64,000 nucleotides of DNA. It comes from a virus. The notes beneath the pieces were generated by a model. That model was not told the DNA's origin and ran no database searches. It worked only from the letters and a program-made list of their open reading frames with translations. The position numbers and the translations under genes were made by a program. This document shows positions 1 to 9,664 of this stretch, piece after piece (position 1 is the first letter of the stretch; the number at the start of each line of letters is the position of its first letter). Where the stretch lies: UHGV virus genome UHGV-0057186. One strand, written 5' to 3'.

Positions 1-205
1 CATTAACTAGCGACAGAATACCGAGAAAACCGTTCAAATCGTAAATTGCTACATCAAAATCAATAACGTCAGAAATATTCGCTTCTGCATAAGTTGTACC
101 ATTAACCGCACGAGTCATAATAAATTGACCGGATTTAAGCATAATACCAGAGTTAATAGTAGCGAAATTTTTCAGCAGAGCAGTAGTATCTTTAGACAGT
201 TTCAT
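1..205 (-). CDS. 45: Sliding clamp gp45, N-terminal part (gene continues beyond window start)
   Basis: Reverse reading from ATG 205..203 gives MKLSKDTTALLKNFATINSGIMLKSGQFIMTRAVNGTTYAEANISDV..., matching the T4 gp45 N-terminus as I recall it; open to position 1. Confidence 0.85.
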   Translation of the reverse strand, partial: MKLSKDTTALLKNFATINSGIMLKSGQFIMTRAVNGTTYAEANISDVIDFDVAIYDLNGFLGILSLVN

Positions 206-260
206 GTAATTTCCTTCAATTCAAATGAGATTTAATTTTATAACTAATTAAATAAAGCAA

Positions 261-650
261 TTAACGATTAAAATCAGCTGCGATTGTTTCGGCAACAATT
301 TGAGCAGCAACAATTAGACGTTCATCTGCATTACCGCAATATTCATCTTCAAGGCGTTCACCACATGAAGTCATAATAAATTTAGCACCGGCGTTTAGAG
401 ATTCTGTAGTATGTTTGCGCATTAGTTCAATCCATTTATTACTTACTTCATGATCGATAGCTTCATAATACGCATGACGAGCAGGTGCAGATTTAATTTT
501 GTTCTGAATAACTTCCATTGCGTTATCAGAAAGAGACAAAACCCATGCTCGACGAATTTTATTTTGGTTTTGTGGATTTGATTCAGAACGCACGTGTTTT
601 GGCTGAATATCTTTTACATCAACAGTATAATTCACAGTAATTTTAGTCAT
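261..650 (-). CDS. rpbA: RNA polymerase-binding protein RpbA
   Basis: 129-aa ORF, same length and position (between 45 and 46) as T4 RpbA. Confidence 0.75.
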   Translation of the reverse strand: MTKITVNYTVDVKDIQPKHVRSESNPQNQNKIRRAWVLSLSDNAMEVIQNKIKSAPARHAYYEAIDHEVSNKWIELMRKHTTESLNAGAKFIMTSCGERLEDEYCGNADERLIVAAQIVAETIAADFNR

Positions 651-659
651 AATACACCT

Positions 660-848
660 TTAGTCATAATAATCAGTAACAGTCCAAGCTTCATTTCTAT
701 TGGACATTATTTTTGTATATTCTGCTTTAAATGCATTCCTAAGCATAGATTCAGTAACTATATGCTCTTCATTAGAAAAATTATTTCTCAGAATATATCG
801 TTTTATTTCAGGAATAGTTAATAGATGTTGTCCAGTTGAATATTCCAT
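660..848 (-). CDS. Small hypothetical protein (45.2 position)
   Basis: 62-aa ORF tiled between rpbA and 46. Confidence 0.5.
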   Translation of the reverse strand: MEYSTGQHLLTIPEIKRYILRNNFSNEEHIVTESMLRNAFKAEYTKIMSNRNEAWTVTDYYD

Positions 849-903
849 GTTTTTCCTCCACAGAGATTATACTCTAATAAATTAAAGCATAATCTCTTAT
901 AAA

Positions 904-2586
904 TTAAACCATTACAGTAAATCGACCAACTTTCTTCATTTGAAGGTGCTGACCATATGCTTGTGGGTCATGATCTCTATGCGAAATAACAAAAACATTA
1001 GTATTTTTTAAACTATCTAAAATAGTTGAAATAGCTTTTACACCTTCAACATCGGTCGCTGAATCAAAAACTTCATCAAGAATTAGTGTGTTTATTTTAA
1101 CACCTGAAACTTTTTCAGCAATATCACGCCAAGTAAATAAAAGAGCAATATCAATTCGTGCTTTTTCACCTTGACTGAATGAAGCATAACTAAAATCTTC
1201 ACGACCACGGGATTTAATTGTCTCATTAAATTCTTCATCTAATGTAAACACATAATCCGCTTCCATTATTTTAAGATAATGGTTAATCTGCTTATTAAAT
1301 AATGGAATGTACTTTTTAATAATAGCACCTTTAATACCAGAATCTTTGAGCATATCAGTCAAAATTCCTCGGTGGTATTTTTCCATTACTAAATTAGTTT
1401 TTGTCTTAACAATTTTATCAAGTTCTTCTTGAAGCAGTGCTATTTCATCAGCATGGTCAATAAACTCAGAAGATGCTTTTTCTATAGCCGCTTTAACTTT
1501 TTTAGCTTTATCTACCGTCGTGATTAGAGATTGCTTTTTATTGCGAATATCATTTGCCAACGACTGCTGGGTTTTAATATTATCTCGGTATTCATCAACA
1601 AGAACTTTTAAATTATCACGATGTGTTGAAAGCTGTTCAAACGAATGCGTGCATTCAGAAACTTTATCTTTAATTTTAGAAACAACTTTATCACCGGAAC
1701 TTAATTGTGACAAACAGGTTGGACATAATCCACCTTCGTGATACATATTAATGACTTTATTATACGAGTCAATTTTTGATTTAATTAAAAATGCTTCTTG
1801 ACCGATTTTATTAAATGCATCAGTCGGGTCTTCATCTAAAACAATATTAACTAATCTTTCATTAGCTTCTTCTATTTCCGATTTTAGCGTTCTAGCTTCT
1901 TTTGCCAAATCATCATACATATTTTGAAGACGAGTAAGGTTGTCACCCGTTAATTTTTTCTGGCGTTCAACGTTATCATTATATATTTTAATTTGTTGGA
2001 TAATACTATCTTTTTTAACATCAAGCACTTGGTTTTGTGAATTTAATTCACGTATTAGTGCTTTATTAAGCTTATCCATTTCAGCTAATGTTCCTACCTC
2101 AAGCAGGTCTTCCACAAGCTTTCTTCGTGCAGGGGTCGACAAACCCATGAAAGGGGTATACCCTGCTGTACCAAGGACAACAATCTGCTTGAAACTGGCA
2201 TATGACATTCCGATAAGCTGTTCAAATTCTGCTTGGAAATCTTTACTGCTGGCAGATTCATTAAGACGTGTACCGTTAACGGTGATTTCGAAAACGTTTG
2301 GTTTTTGTCCTCTTTTGATATAGTACTTTTTCTCATCATATTCCATCCACAGTTCAACTAAAAGTTCTTTCTTATTTGTGCTGTTTATTAATTGACCTTT
2401 CTTTACATCACGAAATGGCTTACCAAAAAGCCCAAATGTGATGGCTTCTAGCATAGTAGACTTACCACCGCCATTTCGTCCAGTAATAAGAGTTTTTTGA
2501 ACCTTATCTAATTGAATGTCAATAGGATTTCCACCTACTGACATTATATTTTGATACCTAACTCGGTTTAGTTTAAAATTCTTCAC
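904..2586 (-). CDS. 46: Recombination/repair nuclease subunit gp46 (Rad50/SbcC-like ATPase)
   Basis: 560-aa ORF; Walker A GRNGGGKST near N-terminus, long coiled-coil middle with CPTC zinc hook-like motif, C-terminal signature/Walker B (ILDEVFD); length equals T4 gp46. Confidence 0.93.
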   Translation of the reverse strand: MKNFKLNRVRYQNIMSVGGNPIDIQLDKVQKTLITGRNGGGKSTMLEAITFGLFGKPFRDVKKGQLINSTNKKELLVELWMEYDEKKYYIKRGQKPNVFEITVNGTRLNESASSKDFQAEFEQLIGMSYASFKQIVVLGTAGYTPFMGLSTPARRKLVEDLLEVGTLAEMDKLNKALIRELNSQNQVLDVKKDSIIQQIKIYNDNVERQKKLTGDNLTRLQNMYDDLAKEARTLKSEIEEANERLVNIVLDEDPTDAFNKIGQEAFLIKSKIDSYNKVINMYHEGGLCPTCLSQLSSGDKVVSKIKDKVSECTHSFEQLSTHRDNLKVLVDEYRDNIKTQQSLANDIRNKKQSLITTVDKAKKVKAAIEKASSEFIDHADEIALLQEELDKIVKTKTNLVMEKYHRGILTDMLKDSGIKGAIIKKYIPLFNKQINHYLKIMEADYVFTLDEEFNETIKSRGREDFSYASFSQGEKARIDIALLFTWRDIAEKVSGVKINTLILDEVFDSATDVEGVKAISTILDSLKNTNVFVISHRDHDPQAYGQHLQMKKVGRFTVMV

Positions 2587-2846
2587 AAAAGATTCCTTTT
2601 AATGTATCTTTTAGACCATTCTATCATATCATCATAATCTAAAAAGTATTCATCAAATTCAGCCACGCAAACAACGCCTTGTGCTGTTTTTGATGTAATA
2701 TAAATTATTCCAACATATCTAGAATCTTCTTCGGTATAATCAATATTTGCTATGAATTCATCATTAATGTCAAATGTCGAAAACTTCACAGTATGCATCC
2801 TTAATACAAGATACAGCCATATCTTGTAATGATTTAGGTGTGTCAT
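2583..2846 (-). CDS. Small hypothetical protein (46.1 position); start probably internal
   Basis: 87-aa ORF, 4-nt overlap with gene 46 start. Confidence 0.45.
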   Translation of the reverse strand: MTHLNHYKIWLYLVLRMHTVKFSTFDINDEFIANIDYTEEDSRYVGIIYITSKTAQGVVCVAEFDEYFLDYDDMIEWSKRYIKRNLL

Positions 2847-3033
2847 TATCTAAAATGTTGAAGTTAAAAGATACAGCCCAGTCAGTGCAGACCGTAACCT
2901 TTTTAATACAATTATCTTCAACCTCTAGCGGTTCAAACCAATATTCAATAATTTCTTTATGACCAATATCATCTTTTACTTCGCATTCAAAATGCTGACT
3001 CATCATAACATTTTTAAATTCATCAAAAGTCAT
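2770..3033 (-). CDS. Small hypothetical protein (46.2 position)
   Basis: 87-aa ORF, stop overlaps gene 47 start region. Confidence 0.45.
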   Translation of the reverse strand: MTFDEFKNVMMSQHFECEVKDDIGHKEIIEYWFEPLEVEDNCIKKVTVCTDWAVSFNFNILDNDTPKSLQDMAVSCIKDAYCEVFDI

Positions 3034-4049
3034 TGTGTTGCCTCTACATATAGCTGATTCGCATATTGAATAAGTGCTTCACGGTCAGAATCAGTGATGT
3101 CTGGAATTGCATTAATGTATTCTTCCATCAACGTCTGAAGAGATTGAACTTCAACTTCTTCACTTTCATCTGACTCGACAGAGTTATCAATTTTTGACAC
3201 AACTCGTAATGAATGCACAACTTTTTCTAGTTCAGATTCGAACTTCGTCAGATTTTTGTCTACCTCAGTTACTATAACACGTACTGATAGATTTGTAAAA
3301 TCTTTATAGTCAATTTTTCCTTTAAATGGATAATGAATTCTACGATGCCAGGTAGTATTGTTTGGAATAAATTCCATTCGTTCTGTTTCTGTATCAAACA
3401 TCCAGAACCCACGAGGGTCATTCTCGTCACCTGCAGTTAGTGTCCATGGTGTCCCAATATATCTGACGTTAGCAGCCTCAGAGATAGTATGGAAGTGACC
3501 AGACCACACTTCCTTATAAGTCTTAAGGAAATCAGGTTCAAGACCGTGAGATTTCATTCCTTTATAAAAATAAAATCCGTTCAGTTCCCAGTGACCAACG
3601 CAAAAAGAAGCAGATGAAGTTTTGATGTGTTCAAGAATTTCACCAGTATTTTCTTCACACATCCAAGGAATTAAATCAATTAAACATCCGTCAAAATCTA
3701 CTGTAGTAGGCTTATCATATACTTTAACATTAGGATATTTAGCCAAAAGCTCAGTAGAGGCATTTGGAGTTAAAGTATTTTTAAAGTGCATATCATGGTT
3801 TCCTACAACAGTATGTAGGGTAATACCAGCATCATCAAGCATTTGAACTATTTCACGAGCGAACTCCATAGTTTTATGCGTGATTGCTTTTCGCACATCA
3901 AAAATATCGCCGTATTGAATCCATGTAGTAATTCCATTTTTCTTAGAATATTCTATTGCTTGTTTAATTCCATCCAACTGAATGGATTGAACCCACTCAT
4001 CATCGGCTTTAACGCCTAAATGCCAATCACCTAAATTTAAAATTTTCAT
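3030..4049 (-). CDS. 47: Recombination/repair nuclease gp47 (Mre11/SbcD-like phosphoesterase)
   Basis: 339-aa ORF with calcineurin-like phosphoesterase motifs GDWHLG, GDIFD, GNHD; length equals T4 gp47. Confidence 0.93.
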   Translation of the reverse strand: MKILNLGDWHLGVKADDEWVQSIQLDGIKQAIEYSKKNGITTWIQYGDIFDVRKAITHKTMEFAREIVQMLDDAGITLHTVVGNHDMHFKNTLTPNASTELLAKYPNVKVYDKPTTVDFDGCLIDLIPWMCEENTGEILEHIKTSSASFCVGHWELNGFYFYKGMKSHGLEPDFLKTYKEVWSGHFHTISEAANVRYIGTPWTLTAGDENDPRGFWMFDTETERMEFIPNNTTWHRRIHYPFKGKIDYKDFTNLSVRVIVTEVDKNLTKFESELEKVVHSLRVVSKIDNSVESDESEEVEVQSLQTLMEEYINAIPDITDSDREALIQYANQLYVEATQ

Positions 4050-4225
4050 ATATCAAGAACCGTCATTGAAATGCAAAATAAAATTATTGAAATAAACCCA
4101 TCTGGCGTGCTAAAGAACCCAATCCAACATGCTCTAGTGAATAGATAAAATGCAAGAAAAAGTATCACATATCCAAGAAATATCATTATATCAAACTCCG
4201 TATAAAGCTAAAGGGCCAAAGCCCT

Positions 4226-5428
4226 TTATTTTGTAATAATGTCAAACTGTTCTTTAAAGCAGAAGCTTGAATCTTGATGCTGATACAAAAATTCATAAGC
4301 TTTTTCGCGTTCGCGGTCATAAAGAGTTCGATCAGATGACAGTTCTTTAATACGTTCAAATGTTGATTCCATGTCATTTTCATCAAACCAAATGATACCG
4401 CTATCATGCGAGGTCAAAGGAGTATTATCAACACGGAATTTTAAATTTTCGCCAGTAGATTTCCAAAATACCGGAATTGTTCCACATGCACCAAGCTCGA
4501 GATGAGTATATTCTAAAGAACGTTGTAGATATTTTTTATCCAACTTACTCAACTGATAACCAAAACCGGATTTACTCATACGTTCAAGCATTTCGCTATT
4601 TACATAACGGTCAAGAATTTGCGTTGGCAAATTAGAAGCAATTTTAATTTGGTCTACTTGATGAAGACGATAATACTCGTATGGAATTCCTTTTTCTTTA
4701 ATAGGAATGAACGCTGGAGAACGTTCCAGACCTTCCATAATAGTACTTAGTCCTGCAGGTTTAAGATGTTTTTCATGAAAATCAAACATCTGATAAAAAC
4801 CTTTCCATGTGGTCGTACGACCAATCCAACGGTTGATATTCATGTTAATTTCAGAAACATCTTTCCAGTAGGTTGACCGAACCTTCGCAATATCCATAGG
4901 AGGCTGAAAGTTATATACTGTCGGTGCTTCTTCAATATCATCAAACAGAGAAACTGTTTCAGGATACCATTCTTTCATCAGAACTTTATTAAAATCACCA
5001 TTATCAGAATGGCTAAAAATAACATCAGCTCGACGAACAGTTTCTTCTAATCCCAAATTTCGGCGCAAAGAAAGAGAAGAATGGTCATGTTGATAAACTA
5101 CAACACGAACAGAAGGTTTAATGTTATCAATAATTTTTTTATAGTTATTAATAGTGTCTTCTTCAACCGAAGTAGCAGGAACTGAATTGATAATTAGAAT
5201 ATCACAATCATTTACCAGCTTAAGTGTTTTATCATATTCTTTTGCCAATAAAACCGGAATTGAAAATGATTTATAATCATGCGCGCAATTACGAGTAAAT
5301 GATTTATCTTTAGCATAAACCAAAGTTACTTCATGACCATTCTTAATAAACCAATCACGTTGCTCAAGAGAAAATTTAGTTACACCACAACCTTCAAGAC
5401 CTCTAGCCATAAAAATACATACTTTCAT
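4226..5428 (-). CDS. a-gt: DNA alpha-glucosyltransferase (hmC-DNA glucosylation)
   Basis: 400-aa ORF MKVCIFMARGLEGCGVTKFSLEQRDWFIKNGHEVTLVYAKDK..., matches T4 AGT as I recall it in sequence and length. Confidence 0.88.
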   Translation of the reverse strand: MKVCIFMARGLEGCGVTKFSLEQRDWFIKNGHEVTLVYAKDKSFTRNCAHDYKSFSIPVLLAKEYDKTLKLVNDCDILIINSVPATSVEEDTINNYKKIIDNIKPSVRVVVYQHDHSSLSLRRNLGLEETVRRADVIFSHSDNGDFNKVLMKEWYPETVSLFDDIEEAPTVYNFQPPMDIAKVRSTYWKDVSEINMNINRWIGRTTTWKGFYQMFDFHEKHLKPAGLSTIMEGLERSPAFIPIKEKGIPYEYYRLHQVDQIKIASNLPTQILDRYVNSEMLERMSKSGFGYQLSKLDKKYLQRSLEYTHLELGACGTIPVFWKSTGENLKFRVDNTPLTSHDSGIIWFDENDMESTFERIKELSSDRTLYDREREKAYEFLYQHQDSSFCFKEQFDIITK

Positions 5429-5469
5429 TTAATATCCTCTTTGTTTTGGTTTATTTTACCAAAAATTTA

Positions 5470-5498
5470 TAAAGCAATATAGGAGCCGAAGCTCCTAT
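5470..5498 (-). terminator. Hairpin (ggagccgaagctcc) followed by T-rich tract on minus strand
   Basis: Inverted repeat 5482..5495 with GAAG loop; T-rich 3' flank on minus strand. Confidence 0.4.
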
Positions 5499-5671
5499 CC
5501 ACATAATACGCCATACAGAGGCTCGTTAGAACTTTTAAATTTTATGCGCTTATATTTTATAGTTCCTTCTGCTTTAGCTTTATCATGAGACTCTTTAAAG
5601 CGTCTCATCATTTCCTCTTTAGAGGAACGAATTTTATTATAATCTATTTCAGAAGTCTGGGTGTTCATCTT

Positions 5672-5878
5672 TCATAACTGCCACCATTTTTTGACTTGAT
5701 AAGAATCAACCCACACTTTCATATTAGGGTCTGCTCTTACAATAGGAGGATTAACTTCTTTAATTGAACTATCATGGTATTCTTTTTCAGAAATTTTCAC
5801 ACAAAGATGACCATTCAAAGATTCAGTAAATCCTGCATTAATTTTAAGACGCTTGAATTTTACGTGTGTAAGCATCAA
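5672..5878 (-). CDS. Hypothetical small protein
   Basis: 68-aa ORF; overlaps next ORF by 35 nt, start uncertain. Confidence 0.35.
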   Translation of the reverse strand: MMLTHVKFKRLKINAGFTESLNGHLCVKISEKEYHDSSIKEVNPPIVRADPNMKVWVDSYQVKKWWQL

Positions 5879-6161
5879 TCATATCCTCAATTTGCGATCT
5901 AGTAGTCTTCCAAAGAATACTGATGAGTTCATCGTTATATGGCTGTTTCAGAATATCCCGACTTTTCTTGATAGCATATTCGTATTGAGCAAAATTATTG
6001 TTTTCAGCTGCGATCTGAGCGTGCTTATAAAGACGATTCAGTTCGCGTTTGTTTTTAGACAATAACTTATTTGCTTTTCTTTCTGCTTCAAGACGGTTCT
6101 TTTCTTCAATAGAAGAAATAAGCTTTTCCACTTCATCATTAATTTCGGGTTTATCAGTCAT
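5844..6161 (-). CDS. Hypothetical protein
   Basis: 105-aa ORF tiled between a-gt and 55. Confidence 0.5.
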   Translation of the reverse strand: MTDKPEINDEVEKLISSIEEKNRLEAERKANKLLSKNKRELNRLYKHAQIAAENNNFAQYEYAIKKSRDILKQPYNDELISILWKTTRSQIEDMIDAYTRKIQAS

Positions 6162-6162
6162 A

Positions 6163-6381
6163 TTATTTCTCTAATATAAAATAAAAATCATCATCTGTTA
6201 AATGATACCGATAGTTTAATTCTACACCATTAGATTTAAAAGCGGTATCATACGGATTTTCTGGATCAATATCAATGTCAAGAGCTAAAACTTCCCTGAG
6301 ATACATTTTAAGTAAATAGGGAATAGCTTCAACTTCAGGTATTTCTTCCAAGAATCCGGAGAGGTTAATCGTTAGCCTCAT
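6163..6381 (-). CDS. Hypothetical protein
   Basis: 72-aa ORF immediately downstream of gene 55. Confidence 0.5.
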
Positions 6382-6922
6382 ATAAAAAATCCAAACTAGG
6401 AGAATCGTCTACAACACTTTTCTTTTCAGCCCCCGGTGTTCTATAGGTTGATTCTTCGTAATGCGTCATTTTATCGTAGATGTCTTGAATAAAAGTTTCA
6501 TCTACTAACGCAACCATATCGTCGTCACGACTGTCATAGACATTGTGAACGAAGTAACTATATTTCTTTGCAACTTCCTTACGTTCTTTTTTAATACGTT
6601 GGACGAATGCATTAAAACAAGCTTGAGTTATATATGCATGTGGGTTTTTATATTTCGTTTCATCAAAATTGTGAAGCCCCTTAATAGAAGCTTCTATACC
6701 ATCTGCAATCATTTCTTGTTTCCAAGACTGGGTGTATCCTGAAAAGTTGAAACGCTTAGATAAGCCTTCTGCAATAAGCATAATGGCTAATCCGATAGTA
6801 TCATTCTGACGAACTACTTTATTTGGGTCTTTATTATTTGCTAATTCTGTTTTCCAATCAATAATAGCTTGTAAAAGCTCTTTATTGTTTACGTAATTAT
6901 ATTTAGGCTTAGTTTCTGACAT
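6365..6922 (-). CDS. 55: Late-transcription sigma factor gp55
   Basis: ORF track start 6928 is GTG; ATG at 6922 preceded by aagaggtgaaa gives 185 aa [33 protein letters not shown]..., matching T4 gp55. Confidence 0.9.
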
Positions 6923-7000
6923 TTTCACCTCTTAGCTCAATTCATAGATCTATTATATCATAATATTTGAAGATCTATCTTAAAGCATAGAGGATATCAG

Positions 7001-7270
7001 TTATCTAAGTAAACAGTATGCTTGGAATACTTTCTCCATCATCTTTTTAAATTCATGAATATCTATATAATGACTAGTTAGATCAGCATGATATAAAAAG
7101 TCTAAAAACTTTTCATGTGTACTAACATATTCACTTTCATTTAATTCAGAAACATGGCTTTCCCAATATCCAACACCAGTCTTATTTGGGAAAAATGAAA
7201 TTTTCATGTATTGGTCAACATAGAAAATGCCATAATTTTCAATAGTAATAGAAATATTAATAAATTTCAT
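7001..7270 (-). CDS. Hypothetical protein
   Basis: 89-aa ORF. Confidence 0.45.
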   Translation of the reverse strand: MKFINISITIENYGIFYVDQYMKISFFPNKTGVGYWESHVSELNESEYVSTHEKFLDFLYHADLTSHYIDIHEFKKMMEKVFQAYCLLR

Positions 7271-7482
7271 ACATTCATCAACTTAGCCGCTCCAAGAGCT
7301 GCATCTAGTGAATCAAATTGGTCAACATATTCAATCAATTCGCCGTAATTGGCATATAACCACCATTGGCTAAATTCATACTCAAGGATGAATCCATTTC
7401 CTTCAATTTGAGTTAAACCATTGCCGTTTGTATTTACTTCATATCCGGCAAGACGCAAATCGTTAATAAGAGCTTCGTTCAT
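7267..7482 (-). CDS. Hypothetical protein
   Basis: 71-aa ORF, 4-nt overlap with downstream ORF. Confidence 0.45.
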   Translation of the reverse strand: MNEALINDLRLAGYEVNTNGNGLTQIEGNGFILEYEFSQWWLYANYGELIEYVDQFDSLDAALGAAKLMNV

Positions 7483-7484
7483 AA

Positions 7485-7811
7485 TTATACCTTAGTAATT
7501 TTCAGGTCTGCAAATTTTTTCTTGCGTTGATTTTTCATGCGACGAATAGTTTTATCGGAAATTTCATGCTTTTGATAAGCTTTAGATTCTACACCAAAAG
7601 CTTTAACATCAAATTCTGACAAGATATATTGAACCAACAATTCACGGACAGTATTGCGTCCAATCTTCTGATCATTCTGTTTCATCATTTGATGAAGCTC
7701 TTTTTCCCATTTATCCAAAATTTGAGGAGTTACAATATCGCCTTTTTCTAGCAAAGAAACTACTTTATCATATGCGTAAGAATTGATGGCGTTTTTAATT
7801 TGAATAGTCAT
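7485..7811 (-). CDS. Hypothetical protein
   Basis: 108-aa ORF. Confidence 0.5.
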   Translation of the reverse strand: MTIQIKNAINSYAYDKVVSLLEKGDIVTPQILDKWEKELHQMMKQNDQKIGRNTVRELLVQYILSEFDVKAFGVESKAYQKHEISDKTIRRMKNQRKKKFADLKITKV

Positions 7812-7845
7812 ACATTATCCTCAATTGCGTTAAAATTTTATTATC

Positions 7846-7865
7846 CAAAAAGGGCCGAAGCCCTT
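7846..7865 (-). terminator. Intrinsic terminator (gggcttcggccc + TTTTT on minus strand)
   Basis: Hairpin agggccgaagccct 7851..7864 followed on minus strand by TTTTTGG. Confidence 0.55.
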
Positions 7866-8064
7866 AGCTAAACTTTTTGGCACCCTTCCAGCCTTCGTAC
7901 ATCATTGCGACTGACAATGACAAAGCTCCTTCGCATGCTGTGTACTTATTATTCCAGAACCAATTTAGAAAAACTTCGTCCTCAATACCATTGTGTTTCA
8001 TGTTCTGGAAAAATTTGGCGCGTTCTTCACGAAGCTTTTGCGATAACATAGATTCAGGATTCAT
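7864..8064 (-). CDS. Hypothetical protein
   Basis: 66-aa ORF. Confidence 0.45.
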   Translation of the reverse strand: MNPESMLSQKLREERAKFFQNMKHNGIEDEVFLNWFWNNKYTACEGALSLSVAMMYEGWKGAKKFS

Positions 8065-8280
8065 TTAAATTTCCCAATTACCATTTTCATCAATGAATTT
8101 AATCCAGTCATTTACTGACCACTTAGTTGTATCGCCTTTTGGAGTAACATTTAAAGTGTATAACCCCTGCTTAAAAAGCATTCGTTTGATATTCATATTT
8201 TCCTCAGCTGTAACGATAACACTCGTTTGATTTGCGCTTAGCAACTCGTTGAGATGTATTATAATCAAAATCATCGTCAA
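8065..8280 (-). CDS. Hypothetical small protein (true start probably internal, near 8196)
   Basis: ORF track 71 aa; overlaps upstream ORF. Confidence 0.35.
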   Translation of the reverse strand: MTMILIIIHLNELLSANQTSVIVTAEENMNIKRMLFKQGLYTLNVTPKGDTTKWSVNDWIKFIDENGNWEI

Positions 8281-8593
8281 TGTAAACTGATTTTTTCAAC
8301 TTTCTTACTTCACCACGCAGTTGACGATTCAATTCATTCTTAACCTCTGAATCAACACCTCGCATACGTCGCCATTTATCTGAACGAAAAATGTTTTCAA
8401 CCATATCTTTATGACTTACCCCATCAGGAGCTTTACGCTTTCCGAAATAGTCATAATCACGAACTTTCAAGTCTTTACGACGATACGTTTTACCCATGGA
8501 GTTTAATTTCCTTAGCAACTGAACTAAATACAGCACGATCACAAATAATGTGTTTATGTAACTTAAGTATAAGATAATAAACATCATAACCAT
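8204..8593 (-). CDS. Hypothetical basic protein (true start probably MGKTYRR at about 8497)
   Basis: 129-aa ORF; N-terminal 32 codons overlap neighbouring ORF. Confidence 0.4.
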   Translation of the reverse strand: MVMMFIILYLSYINTLFVIVLYLVQLLRKLNSMGKTYRRKDLKVRDYDYFGKRKAPDGVSHKDMVENIFRSDKWRRMRGVDSEVKNELNRQLRGEVRKLKKSVYIDDDFDYNTSQRVAKRKSNECYRYS

Positions 8594-8672
8594 TTACGTA
8601 AGTAACACGAACAACATTACCATTAATAAAATAATATTGTCCCTTTTTAATTTCTTTATCAACCACAACCAT
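8490..8672 (-). CDS. Hypothetical small protein
   Basis: 60-aa ORF with gaggaa RBS upstream of ATG 8672. Confidence 0.4.
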   Translation of the reverse strand: MVVVDKEIKKGQYYFINGNVVRVTYVNGYDVYYLILKLHKHIICDRAVFSSVAKEIKLHG

Positions 8673-8702
8673 ATCAATTCCTCAAAGGTAATTCATATGT
8701 TA

Positions 8703-8731
8703 ATAATACCACGGTTTGAACTTGTTGTAAA
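8703..8731 (-). promoter_or_regulatory. T4-type early promoter (sigma70; -35 TTTACA, 17-bp spacer, TGG-TATTAT extended -10)
   Basis: Minus strand reads GTTTACAACAAGTTCAAACCGTGGTATTAT; AT-rich UP-like region upstream. Confidence 0.6.
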
Positions 8732-8804
8732 CAACTTTGTGAAAAATATTTTAGGGAATGACAAGAAGGGAACGATAGCTTAGAATGGTAATATACAGAA
8801 TGTA

Positions 8805-8826
8805 AGAAAGAAAGGCCCAGAGGGCC
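8805..8826 (-). terminator. Intrinsic terminator downstream of nrdH-like gene
   Basis: Hairpin ggccc-aga-gggcc 8814..8826, followed on minus strand by TTTCTTTCTT. Confidence 0.5.
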
Positions 8827-8830
8827 CGTC

Positions 8831-9283
8831 TTAGTCTTCTATGATATCTCTATCATATCCAAGTGAAATGAGAGTTTCTTTGAAGTGTTTAATGTTCTTT
8901 TGTCTAGAATCATTGATGAAAATGACTGGATAACAAATGTTAAGAGATGTGAATCCAGCGCGTTTAGCAAGAGATACAATCAGTGGACGATCATACTCAA
9001 TCTTACCATTATTTGTAAGAACTTTATAGAAAGTAAAAGGAGCATTAAGCTCCTTTAGAAGTTTTGTAACTGATTGACATCCAGGACAACGACCTACTTC
9101 ATCTGGAATTCCATAGACTTCAATCTTATTCTTTAAGTTCGAGTTTTGTTCCACGAGAAATAATTCCTTGATAAGCCCAGTATGGCGGGTTAACAGAATC
9201 ATCGCCAGAATTTTCTTCAGGAAAATAAACCTGGATAACAAATCCAGATGCATCAAAGGTAAAATAAACCGTAGGTAATTCAC
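8831..9283 (-). CDS. nrdH: Glutaredoxin-like protein (NrdH-like); start uncertain, probably internal (about 9130-9140)
   Basis: C-terminal ~95 aa contains KIEVYGIPDEVGRCPGCQSVTKLL (thioredoxin-fold CxxC active site); 5' part overlaps another ORF in a different frame. Confidence 0.6.
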   Translation of the reverse strand: MNYLRFILPLMHLDLLSRFIFLKKILAMILLTRHTGLIKELFLVEQNSNLKNKIEVYGIPDEVGRCPGCQSVTKLLKELNAPFTFYKVLTNNGKIEYDRPLIVSLAKRAGFTSLNICYPVIFINDSRQKNIKHFKETLISLGYDRDIIED

Positions 9284-9437
9284 CTAACAATTCAGCGCGG
9301 TTATTAATTTCTTCAAGTTCTCGTTCTCGTCCAGCCCAAAAACTAGGATTTAGACTACATTCATAGAAATAATAGTCATTACCGAACATATCAAAACCCT
9401 TCCAACTCTCTACCACATATCGCTCAAAACTAATCAT
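9126..9437 (-). CDS. Hypothetical protein
   Basis: 103-aa ORF upstream of nrdH-like gene. Confidence 0.45.
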   Translation of the reverse strand: MISFERYVVESWKGFDMFGNDYYFYECSLNPSFWAGRERELEEINNRAELLGELPTVYFTFDASGFVIQVYFPEENSGDDSVNPPYWAYQGIISRGTKLELKE

Positions 9438-9439
9438 AA

Positions 9440-9655
9440 TTAGGCCTTTTTATCAAGAACAGCATTCAGTTTGTTAGTAATTTTATCCAGACGCTCATTG
9501 AACTCGCTAGAAGATAAGCCTTTTTCTGGAGAAATTAAGCTAATCACGAAAAATATAGCAATAAAAGGAATAAGAAAAATAGCACCAACTGCCATAAACA
9601 AAAAGAACGTTACAGTTGTAAGAAAATCAGCTAAACCTTTACGAAATTTATACAT
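9440..9655 (-). CDS. Small single-pass membrane protein
   Basis: 71-aa ORF with hydrophobic segment FFLFMAVGAIFLIPFIAIFFVISLI. Confidence 0.45.
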   Translation of the reverse strand: MYKFRKGLADFLTTVTFFLFMAVGAIFLIPFIAIFFVISLISPEKGLSSSEFNERLDKITNKLNAVLDKKA

Positions 9656-9664
9656 ATTTTACCC

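Noticed and set aside
594-3846. Plus-strand ORFs (594..821, 700..885, 1520..1741, 1940..2323, 2774..2962, 3622..3846) inside minus-strand genes rpbA/45.2/46/47
   Set aside because: They are antisense to long, well-supported genes, have no RBS, and are of low complexity typical of AT-rich antisense frames.
4186-4407. 73-aa ORF overlapping the 3' end of a-gt
   Set aside because: Mostly contained within the a-gt coding region in another frame; no independent support.
6935-7000. Possible MotA-box middle promoter upstream of gene 55 (TGCTTTA on minus strand)
   Set aside because: A TGCTTTA box is present but the spacing to the nearest TATAAT-like hexamer is about 23 bp rather than about 12 bp, so I could not support a promoter call.
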